Assembly: GCA_964016885.1 (NCBI GenBank)
Contig: OZ024755.1
Location: forward strand, 38,936,001 to 39,000,000
DNA length: 64,000 bases
Reading direction: 5' to 3'
DNA from: Eledone cirrhosa
Lineage: Eukaryota
Part shown: in pieces, positions 54,101-64,000 of the stretch
Layout of the letters: each line of letters starts with the position of its first letter
Numbering within the stretch: position 1 is the first letter of the stretch
The notes under the pieces: model-generated
Databases searched by the model: none
Told to the model about the DNA's origin: nothing
The model's input: the letters and a program-made list of their open reading frames with translations, nothing else
Made by a program: the position numbers and the translations under genes

Positions 54101-57100
54101 ATTTAAAGACAACTGGTCTAGGGACAATGTTAGCTGTCCACTTAAGGACAACTGGTCTATGAACAATGTTAGCTGTCCCCTTAAAGACAACTGACCAAGG
54201 GACAATGTTAGCTGTCCACTTAAAGACAACTGGCCTAGGGACAATGTTAGCTGTCCACTTAAAGACAACTAACCAAGGGACAATGTTAGCTGTCCACTTA
54301 AAGACAACTGGCCTAGGGACAATGTTAGCTGTCCACTTAAAGACAACTGGCCTAGGGACAATGTTAGCTGTCCACTTAAAGACATCTGACCAAGGGACAA
54401 TGTTAGCTGTCCTCTTAAAGACAACTGTCCTAGGGACAATGTTAGCTGTCCACTTAAAGACAACTGACCAGGGGACAATGTTAGCTGTCCACTGAAAGAC
54501 AACTGGCCTAGGGACAATGTTAGCTGTCCATTTAAAGACAGCTGGCATAGGGACAATGTTAGCTGTCCATTTAAAGACAACTGGCCTAGGGACAATGTTA
54601 GCTGTCCACTTAAAGATAACTGACCAAGGGACAATGTTAGCTGTCCACTTAAAGACAACTGACCAAGGGACAATGTTAGCTGTCCATTTAAAGACAACTG
54701 GTCTATGGACAATGTTAGCTGTCCACTTAAAGACAACTGACCAAGGGACAATCTCAGCTGTCCATTTAAAGACAACTGGCCTAGAGACAATATTAGCTGT
54801 CCACTTAAGGACAACTGGTCTAGGGACAATGTTAGCTGTCCACTTAAAGACAACTGACCAAGGGACAATGTTAGCTGTCAACTTAAAGACAACTGGCCAA
54901 GGGACAATATTAGCTGTCCATTTAAAGACAACTGGCCTAGGGACAATGTTAGCTGTCCACTTAAAGACAACTGGTCTAGGGACAATGTTAGCTGTCCACT
55001 TAAGGACAACTGGTCTAGGGACAATGTTAGCTGTCCACTTAAAGACAACTGACCAAGGGACAATGTTAGCTGTCCTCTTAAAGACAACTGTCCTAGGGAC
55101 AATGTTAGCTGTCCACTTAAAGACAACTGGCCTAGGGACAAAGTTAGCTGTCCACTTAAAGACAACTGGTCTAGCGACAATGTTAGCTGTCCACTTAAAG
55201 ACAACTGACCAAGGGACAATGTTAGCTGTCCATTTAAAGACAACTGGCCTAGGGACAATATTAGCTGTCCACTTAAAGACAACTGGCCTAGGGACAATAT
55301 TAGCTGTCCACTTAAAGACAACTGGTCTAGCGACAATGTTAGCTGTCCACTTAAGGACAACTGGTCTAGGGACAATGTTAGCTGTCCACTTAAAGACAAC
55401 TGACCAAGGGACAATGTTAGCTGTCCTCTTAAAGACAACTGTCCTAGGGACAATGTTAGCTGTCCACTTAAAGACAACTGGCCTAGGGACAATGTTAGCT
55501 GTCCACTTAAAGACAACTGACCAAGGGACAATGTTAGCTGTCCACTTAAAGACAACTGACCAAGGGACAATGTTAGCTGTCCACTTAAAGATAACTGGCC
55601 TAGGGACAATGTTAGTTGTCCACTTAAAGACAACTGACCAAGGGACAATGTTAGCTGTCCATTTAAAGACAACTGGCCTAGGGACAATGTTAGCTGTCCA
55701 CTTAAAGACAACTGGTCTAGGGACAATGTTAGCTGTCCACTTAAGGACAACTGGTCTAGGGACAATGTTAGCTGTCCACTTAAAGACAACTGGTCTAGGG
55801 ACAATGTTAGCTGTCCACTTAAGGACAACTGGTCTAGGGACAATGTTAGCTGTCCACTTAAAGACATCTGACCAAGGGACAATGTTAGCTGTCCTCTTAA
55901 AGACAACTGTCCTAGGGACAATGTTAGCTGTCCTCTTAAAGACAACTGTCCTAGGGACAATGTTAGCTGTCCACTTAAAGACAACTGGCCTAGGGACAAT
56001 GTTAGCTGTCCACTTAAAGACAACTGACATAGGGACAATGTTAGCTGTCCACTTAAAGACAACTGGCCTAGGGACAATGTTATCTGTCCACTTAAAGACA
56101 ACTGACCAAGGGACAATGTTAGCTGTCCTCTTAAAGACAACTGTCCTAGGGACAATGTTAGCTGTCCACTTACAGACAACTGGCCTAGGGACAATGTTAG
56201 CTGTCCACTTAAAGACAACTGGCCTAGGGACAATGTTAGCTGTCCACTTAAAGACAACTGGTCTAGGGACAATGTTAGCTGTCCACTTAAGGACAACTGG
56301 TCTAGGGACAATGTTAGCTGTCCACTTAAAGACATCTGACCAAGGGACAATGTTAGCTGTCCGCTTAAAGACAACTGTCCTAGGGACAATGTTAGCTGTC
56401 TACTTAAAAACAACTGGCCTAGGGACAATGATAGCTGTCCACTTAAAGACAACTGACCAAGGGACAATGTTAGCTGTCCTCTTAAAGACAACTGTCCTAG
56501 GGACAATGTTAGCTGTCCACTTACAGACAACTGGCCTAGGGACAATGTTAGCTGTCCACTTAAAGACAACTGGCCTAGGGACAATGTTAGCTGTCCACTT
56601 AAAGACAACTGGTCTAGGGACAATGTTAGCTGTCCACTCAAGGACAACTGGTCTAGGGACAATGTTAGCTGTCCACTTAAAGACAACTGGTCTAGGGACA
56701 ATGTTAGCTGTCCACTTAAGGACAACTGGTCTAGGGACAATGTTAGCTGTCCACTTAAAGACATCTGACCAAGGGACAATGTTAGCTGTCCTCTTAAAGA
56801 CAACTGTCCTAGGGACAATGTTAGCTGTCCATTTAAAGACAACTGACCTAGGGACAATGTTAGCTGTCCACTTAAAGACAACTGGCCTAGGGACAATGTT
56901 ATCTGTCCATTTAAAGACAACTGACCAAGGGACAATGTTAGCTGTCCTCTTAAAGACAACTGTCCTAGGGACAATGTTAGCTGTCCACTTAAAGACAACT
57001 GGCCTATGGACAATGTTAGCTGTCCACTTAAAGACAACTGGCCTAGGGACAATGTTAGCTGTCCACTTAAGGACAACTGGTCTAGGGACAATGTTAGCTG

Positions 57101-60100
57101 TCCACTTAAGGACAACTGGTCTAGGGACAATGTTAGCTGTCCACTTAAAGACAACTGACCAAGGGACAATGTTAGCTGTCCTCTGAAAGACAACTGTCCT
57201 AGGGACAATGTTAGCTGTCCACTTAAAGACATCTGGCCTAGGGACAATGTTAGCTGTCCACTTAAAGACAACTGGCCTAGGGACAATGTTAGCTGTCCAC
57301 TTAAAGACAACTGGCCTAGGGACAATGTTAGCTGTCCACTTAAAGACAACTAACCAAGGGACAATGTTAGCTGTCCACTTAAAGACAACTGACCAAGGGA
57401 CAATGTTAGCTGTCCATTTAAAGACAACTGGCCTAGGGACAATGTTAGTTGTCCACTTAAAGACAACTGACCAGGGGACAATGTTAGCTGTCCACTGAAA
57501 GACAACTGACCAAGGGACAATGTTAGCTGTCCATTTAAAGACAACTGGTCTAGGGACAATGTTAGCTGTCCACTTAAGGACAACTGGTCTATGAACAATG
57601 TTAGCTGTCCCCTTAAAGACAACTGACCAAGGGACAATGTTAGCTGTCCACTTAAAGACAACTGGCTTAGGGACAATGTTAGCTGTCCATTTAAAGACAA
57701 CTGGCCTAGGGACAATGTTAGCTGTCCACTTAAAGACAACTGACCAAGGGACAATGTTAGCTGTCCACTTAAAGACAACTGACCAAGGGACAATGTTAGC
57801 TGTCCATTTAAAGACAACTGGTCTAGGGACAATGTTAGCTGTCCACTTAAGGACAACTGGTCTATGGACAATGTTAGCTGTTCACTTAAAGACAACTGAC
57901 CAAGGGACAATGTTAGCTGTCCACTTAAAGACAACTGACCAAGGGACAATGTTAGCTGTCCATTTAAAGACAACTGTCCTAGGGACAATGTTAGCTGTCC
58001 ACTTAAGGACAACTGGTCTAGGGACAATGTTAGCTGTCCACTTAAAGACAACAGACCAAGGGACAATGTTAGCTGTCCACTTAAAGACAACTGACCTAGG
58101 GACAATGTTAGCTGTCCACTTAAAGACAGCTGGCATAGGGACAATGTTAGCTGTCCATTTAAAGACAACTGGCCTAGGGACAATGTTAGCTGTCCACTTA
58201 AAGACAACTGACCAAGGGACAATGTTAGCTGTCCACTTAAAGACAACTGACCAAGGGACAATGTTAGCTGTCCATTTAAAGACAACTGGTCTATGGACAA
58301 TGTTAGCTGTCCACTTAAAGACAACTGACCAAGGGACAATCTCAGCTGTCCATTTAAAGACAACTGGCCTAGAGACAATGTTAGCTGTCCACTTAAGGAC
58401 AACTGGTCTAGGGACAATGTTAGCTGTCCACTTAAAGACAACTGACCAAGGGACAATGTTAGCTGTCCTCTTAAAGACAACTGTCCTAGGGACAATGTTA
58501 GCTGTCCACTTAAAGACAACTGGCCTAGGGACAATGTTAGCTGTCCACTTAAAGACAACTGACCAAGGGACAATGTTAGCTGTCCACTTAAAGACAACTG
58601 GTCTAGGGACAATGTTAGCTGTCCACTTAAGGACAACTGGTCTAGGGACAATGTTAGCTGTCCACTTAAAGACAACTGGCCTATGGACAATGTTAGCTGT
58701 CCACTTAAGGACAACTGGTCTAGGGACAATGTTAGCTGTCCACTTAAGGACAACTGGTCTAGGGACAATGTTAGCTGTCCATTTAAAGACAACTGGCCTA
58801 GGGACAATGTTAGCTGTCCACTTAAAGACAACTGGTCTAGGGACAATATTAGCTGTCCATTTAAAGACAACTGGCCTAGGGACAATGTTAGCTGTCCACT
58901 TAAGGACAACTGGTCTAGGGACAATGTTAGCTGTGCACTTAAGGATAACTGGTCTAGGGACAATGTTAGCTGTCCACTTAAAGACAACTGACCAAGGGAC
59001 AATGTTAGCTCTCCTCTTAAAGACAACTGGCCTAGGGACAATGTTAGCTGTCCACTTAAAGACAACTGGCCAAGGGACAATGTTAGCTGTCCACTTAAGG
59101 ACAACTGACCAAGGGACAGTGGTAGCTGTCCACTTAAGGACAACTGGCCTAGGGACAATGTTAGCTGTCCACTTAAAGACAACTGACCAAGGGACAATGT
59201 TAGCTGTCCATTTAAAGACAACTGTCCTAGGGACAATGTTAGCTGTCCACTTAAGGACAACTGACCTAGGGACAATGTTAGCTGTCCACTTAAAGAGAAC
59301 TGGCTAAGGGACAATGTTAGCTGTCCACTTAAAGACAACTGACCAAGGGACAATGTTAGCTGTCCACTTAAGGACAACTGACCTAGGGACAATGTTAGCT
59401 GTCCACTTAAAGAGAACTGGCCAAGGGACAATGTTAGCTGTCCACTTAAAGACAACTGACCAAGGGACAATGTTAGCTGTCCATTTAAAGACAACTGTCC
59501 TAGGGACAATGTTAGCTGTCCACTTAAGGACAACTGGTCTATGGACAATGTTAGCTGTCCACTTAATGACAACTGGTCTAGGGACAATGTTAGCTGTCCA
59601 CTTAAGGACAACTGGTCTAGGGACAATGTTAGCTGTCCACTTAAAGACAACTGACCAAGGGACAATGTTAGCTGTCCACTTAATGACAACTGGTCTAGGG
59701 ACAATGTTAGCTGTCCACTTAATGACAACTGGTCTAGGGACAATGTTAGCTGTCCACTTAAGGACAACTGGTCTAGGGACAATGTTAGCTGTCCATTTAA
59801 AGACAACTGGCCTAGGGACAATGTTAGCTGTCCACTTAAGGACAACTGGTCTAGGGACAATGTTAGCTGTCCACTTAAGGACAACTGGTCTAGGGACAAT
59901 GTTAGCTGTCCACTTAAGGACAACTGGTCTAGGGACAATGTTAGCTGTCCACTTAAAGACAATTGGCCTATGGACAATGTTAGCTGTCCACTTCAGGACA
60001 ACTGGTCTAGGGACAATGTTAGCTGTCCACTTAAGGACAACTGGTCTAGGGAAATGTTAGCTGTCCATTTAAAGACAACTGGCCTAGGGACAATGTTAGC

Positions 60101-60593
60101 TGTCCACTTAAAGACAACTGGTCTAGGGACAATATTAGCTGTCCATTTAAAGACAACTGGCCTAGGGACAATGTTAGCTGTCCACTTAAGGACAACTGGT
60201 CTAGGGACAATGTTAGCTGTGCACTTAAGGATAACTGGTCTAGGGACAATGTTAGCTGTCCACTTAAAGACAACTGACCAAGGGACAATGTTAGCTCTCC
60301 TCTTAAAGACAACTGGCCTAGGGACAATGTTAGCTGTCCACTTAAGGACAACTGGTCTAGGGACAATGTTAGCTGTCCACTTAAGGATAACTGGTCTAGG
60401 GACAATGTTAGCTGTCCACTTAAAGACAACTGGCCAAGGGACAATGTTAGCTGTCCACTTAAGGACAACTGACCAAGGGACAGTGGTAGCTGTCCACTTA
60501 AGGACAACTGGCCTAGGGACAATGTTAGCTGTCCACTTAAAGACAACTGGCCAAGGGACAGTGGTAGCTGTCCACTTAAAGACAACTGGCTTA
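51118..60593. repeat. 39-bp tandem satellite, 243 monomers
   Basis: Consensus GGGACAATGTTAGCTGTCCACTTAAAGACAACTGGCCTA. The span of 9476 bp equals 243 x 39 minus the 1-bp deletion near 60052 (gggaaatg). Confidence 0.99.
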
Positions 60594-61084
60594 TCTAGCA
60601 GTTGAATACACAAGTTAAACAATATGAAACAAAGCCAAACATTTATTTATATGGTAGAGTGACGATGACTTTTATATGAACAGAATTATTTTATTTAATA
60701 CCAGAATTGTTTTATTGGTTATTTCCACATACTACAGAGTACGAAAGATATTTTATTCATGTGTTTCAGCTTGTCGTCATTGTATTGAGTTCTGTCTATG
60801 ATTGACATTGAGTGTTTTAGCATCTGGTCCCTTTATCTACCCTTTGGGGTGTCCCTGGTTTCTCTTTCTAGATATCATATCACTCGGATAGATTTTAGAA
60901 AACCTTCCTGTTCAATGACAATGTATTGAGTTCTATATATTATATCTCAATTTATAATACAGTAAATTAGGGTCGATAGTGTAAAAATACACATACACGT
61001 ACACCAGGTCCGAACACGAGGGGGCCAAACTCCCACTGTCATTACCTCCCTCTCCCTCACCCTCCCCATTTCTCACTATTATGA

Positions 61085-61252
61085 GAAGATGGGGTCCCAC
61101 GCGCTGGCTTCCCCATGGCCCCGGCGGACAGAATAGAGAAAGCGTTTCCCCGGAGGATGCGCCATTCCATCTCGCAAGGCTCACACCTGCGGCTAGCCTG
61201 CTCAGCACCTAGGGCCAAGGACACGAGAAATCTCAACTGCTAGGGACCCGAC
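61085..61252 (-). mobile_element. CRE-clade retroelement 3' fragment, copy 2 (internally deleted)
   Basis: ggctcacacctgcggctagcctgctcagcacctagggccaaggacacgagaa aligns with 62878-62960. The minus strand encodes ILRGNAFSILSAG. Confidence 0.7.
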
Positions 61253-61264
61253 ATTGATCTTGAC

Positions 61265-61420
61265 AGCATTTTAGCATTTGGTTTCTTCATCAACTGTTGG
61301 AGTTTTCTCAGTTTCTTTTTCCGGGTATCACATCCTCCAGACAGATTTTAGAGGGACCACAAGTTGAGTGTTTCATGTGACCAAACAGTAGGAGTGAGTT
61401 AATACAAATTGTTAGTCGTG
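61265..61420 (-). mobile_element. Possible highly decayed RTE-like LINE remnant
   Basis: Minus strand gives LLFGHMKHSTCGPSKICLEDVIPGKKKLRK, loosely resembling the RTE motif FGH..R...K.ILEG.V.GKR.RG. Confidence 0.3.
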
Positions 61421-61740
61421 TTGTAGTTGTAATATTTCAACTCTTAATTCTGTTTACACTGAACATACTGGAATATTATTAAACTACTAAGTATTCCCCA
61501 AACTTACTCCCACACATTTAAACTATCTCCTGAAATGGATAGCACATTGGAGAGGTTATATAGGTTAAAGGTGAGACTATGATGGATAGTTAAGGAAGCT
61601 GATGCTATCATTGTCACACCCGCCAGAGAAAAACACCAAAACTTTAGAAGCTTCATATATTGGCACTCATACAAATACTGTTTCTAATCTAGTGGATAGC
61701 ATCAAAGTCTTTCTTATCCGTTTCAACAGATTTTACAAAC

Positions 61741-61749
61741 ACACAAACA

Positions 61750-61806
<57 letters not shown>

Positions 61807-61990
61807 GTATATGTGTGTGAGACACAGAAGGAATACGTGCACGTGTGTGTGTGTGAGTATATACAAATGCAGATGCACACACACACACGCATATATATAT
61901 ATAATATACAAGTATATAATGTTTGTATGTATATATAACTTTAAATATCAATATCAATATATGTATACATACACACACACACATATATAT
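61741..61990. repeat. Compound (AT)n/(CA)n/(TG)n microsatellite
   Basis: Pure (AT) run at 61753-61805, followed by mixed TG, CA and AT tracts. Confidence 0.95.
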
Positions 61991-62070
61991 GTAAATATTC
62001 AGGACCCCGACGGCTGAGCTCCGGCCGTTTCGACAGCTAGATCCGATAGGGGTCCTGAATTTTTTCATAT
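61987..62070 (-). ncRNA. Type I hammerhead-ribozyme-like three-way junction with a degenerate CUGANGA core
   Basis: Minus strand reads AUUCAGGACCCC-UAUCGGAUCUAGCUGUC-GAAACGGC-CGGAGCUCA-GCCGUC-GGGGUCCUGAAU. It has a long stem I, GAAA, a 5-bp stem III and a GUC triplet in hammerhead order. Confidence 0.5.
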
Positions 62071-62149
62071 TACCCACTCTAGTACCCCAAGTATCGAGTA
62101 CTCTGGTGTGTTATGGTCCACCTGGTATCTTACCACACCCTCTTTCTTT

Positions 62150-62174
62150 TATATATTTATATATATATATATGT

Positions 62175-62216
<42 letters not shown>

Positions 62217-62272
62217 ACATGTGTGTGTGTGTGTGAGAGAGTTTATGTGTGGTTGTGTGTATAGATATATAT
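62150..62272. repeat. Compound (AT)n/(CA)n/(TG)n microsatellite
   Basis: Dinucleotide tracts are directly visible. Confidence 0.93.
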
Positions 62273-62610
62273 AGGAATAAAAAGTATGTTTCTATTACTG
62301 AGTATGTGATGTACTAAAGTTGTTTTGTATGATAGAATATTGAGATTGGCAGATGTTATCTGGAGTGTGTAGGCGTGAGAAGGTCGTATAATAATAAAAT
62401 AACCTCTCTTTTATGATATATCATATATGTCATATTGATTTATGATATATCATATGGAAAGGTTTATTTGTCAGTTCTGTTAGTCTGTTAGTAGTGTGGT
62501 AGCTTACCAGATGTATATTTGATCGTTTACACCCTCTCCATATTTACGAATGTATGTGTGTGTGTCCGTTTATGTTCCTCTGTGTGTTTGTGTGCGTTAT
62601 ATTTATATAC

Positions 62611-62705
62611 AACTTTGCCTTTCATCCTTACGGGGTCCATAAAATAAAGTACCAGTAATACACTGGTTTATTGCTGGCCTTGTGCCAAGAGTAGAAACAG
62701 TTATA
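62611..62705 (+). mobile_element. 5'-truncated copy of the tRNA-derived SINE
   Basis: aactttgcctttcatccttacggggtccataaaataaagtaccagt..ggccttgtgccaagagtagaaac is colinear with the reverse complement of 50025-50120. Confidence 0.85.
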
Positions 62706-62853
62706 TTTGGTGGGCTTCATAGTATTTGTTAGTTAAATTTGTAATGTATAATCTGACATATATATATAAAATATACATGAAACAATAACAAGGAAGAAAA
62801 TCAAACTTTCCAGTTGTTGTCTTCCTGTTTCTTCTACAACTACAACGATACGC

Positions 62854-63150
62854 GATGGGGCCCACCCACAGCCGCGGGGCTCACACCTGCGGCTGGCCAG
62901 CTCAGCGCCTATGGTGGTGAGTAAGGAGGTAGCCCTGGGGCCGAGGACACCAGAAGTCTCCACTGCCAGGGGTACGACCGCAAACCTGTTGGAGAGCGAC
63001 CGGTATTTGAGGAGTTTGGCTCCCTCAGCCCGACGTGCAGCAGAACCTGGGTCAGTCGTAGACTGCACCAGGTTGCGGCTGCAGAAAGTGTCGGTGCAAG
63101 TGGCATCCCAGACGAGGGGTTTGCCACCGCGGAACGGGAAGATGGTGAAA
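62854..63150 (-). mobile_element. CRE-clade retroelement fragment, copy 3 (restriction-like endonuclease region)
   Basis: Translates to FTIFPFRGGKPLVWDATCTDTF..STTDPGSAARRAEGAKLLKYRSL..VPLAVETSGVLGP, matching the CRE-type RLE pattern G..LVWDATC.DT..AE..K..KY..P.AVET.G. GC-rich relative to its flanks. Confidence 0.85.
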
Positions 63151-63409
63151 TATTAACCAACCAAGAAACATTTCTTTTGTTAACTGTATTCACGAAATTT
63201 ACGAATTCTATTTCCTCGCCCTAGGCCCAATCGTCCCCCTTCCCCATCATTCTTTAGTGACACTAGAGTCCTTGCCATTCCTTTACCCCCCCCCCCCACT
63301 TCCCGTTTTTTCTTATTCTCTTTTTCTCTCTATATTTTCCTATTTTAAATTCCATTCTTCTCAATCTAAATTCTTTTTTTTTTCTTTTTCTATTAAACTG
63401 TATTTAGAT

Positions 63410-63825
63410 CAGGCATGTAAAATATGCGGCTCACGGGCAGCATGCGGCCCTTTACAAGCACACCTGCGGTAAAATATGCGGCTCACGGGCAGCATGCGAC
63501 CCTTTACAAGCACACCTGCGGTAAAATATGCGGCTCACGGGCAGCATGCGGCCCTTTACAAGCACACCTGCGGTAAAATATGCGGCTCACGGGCAGCATG
63601 CGACCCTTTACAAGCACACCTGCGGTAAAATATGCGGCTCACGGGCAGCATGCGACCCTTTACAAGCACACCTGCGGTAAAATATGCGGCTCACGGGCAG
63701 CATGCGACCCTTTACAAGCACACCTGCGGTAAAATATGCGGCTCACGGGCAGCATGCGGCCCTTTACAAGCACACCTGCGGCCCGCACAAAGGTTTTTAA
63801 AGCGCGAGCATGTTTTATCTTCGTA
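63410..63825. mobile_element. Terminus of a hAT (Charlie/Buster-like) DNA transposon
   Basis: Starts CAGGCATGTAAAATATGCGGCTCACGGGCAGCATGCGGCCC, resembling the hAT end pattern CAGG...CGGCCCGCGGGCCGCATGCGGCCC. The preceding 8-mer ATTTAGAT fits the nnnTAnnn target. No matching right end or TSD was identified. Confidence 0.65.
63417..63781. repeat. 52-bp minisatellite, 7 copies
   Basis: Unit GTAAAATATGCGGCTCACGGGCAGCATGCG(G/A)CCCTTTACAAGCACACCTGCG, with only one variable site. Confidence 0.98.
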
Positions 63826-64000
63826 ATATAAACTAAAAAAAAAAGTCAGGCCTGTTTCTGTGACGGGTACATTATAGTGTTTGTCTTGCTCTTGTTACTT
63901 GGGTCCTATGACAGACAACTGTTTAAGACACAGAAAAACTGAATTTCCCGACAGTAGATCCATAATTGTATTAGTAGACTCGATGATTATAAATATGTAT

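Noticed and set aside
51019-60622. Giant repeat-protein CDS (LRR-like GQLSLSGQLTLSL; 1500-aa ORF)
   Set aside because: A 39-bp unit with stop-free frames gives overlapping ORFs on both strands. There are scattered stops and no unique N- or C-terminal domain or splice context. It is kept only as a finding.
60760-60930. Possible host exon after tttcag or ttctag acceptor-like sites
   Set aside because: No convincing donor site or recognisable protein similarity, and stops occur in most frames.
61602-62077. ORFs rich in YI/HT/CV repeats
   Set aside because: They are microsatellite translations.
62878-63781. 52-bp unit derived from the neighbouring CRE fragment (shared cacacctgcgg)
   Set aside because: Only 11 bp match, and the unit is better explained by the hAT terminus.
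63847-63862. CAGGCCTG as the right TIR of the hAT element
   Set aside because: The following 8 bp (tttctgtg) do not match the left ATTTAGAT, and the inverted match does not extend.

Overview
Eukaryotic, gene-free, repeat-dominated window. The tRNA-derived SINE resembles the abundant octopod (cephalopod) SINE; this is recognised from memory, not searched. Bases 1-46401 are a 28-bp satellite (GGGGTGTCTCACTAAAGTGTCTTGTATT) built from nested multi-kb duplications. Bases 51118-60593 are a 39-bp satellite (GGGACAATGTTAGCTGTCCACTTAAAGACAACTGGCCTA, 243 units). The non-satellite islands (46.4-51.1 kb and 60.6-64 kb) are decayed transposons: an R4/Dong-like retroelement interrupted by a CRE-like fragment, an RTE (Rex3/Expander-like) 3' end, a CR1/Jockey-group LINE, three SINE pieces, two more CRE-like fragments and a hAT terminus. 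No host gene is supported, and the long ORFs are translations of tandem repeats. The best leads are a hammerhead-ribozyme-like fold at 61987-62070 (-), tandem arrays arising at or inside transposons, and a 13-nt motif shared by the two satellites. I cannot support a new multi-gene system.
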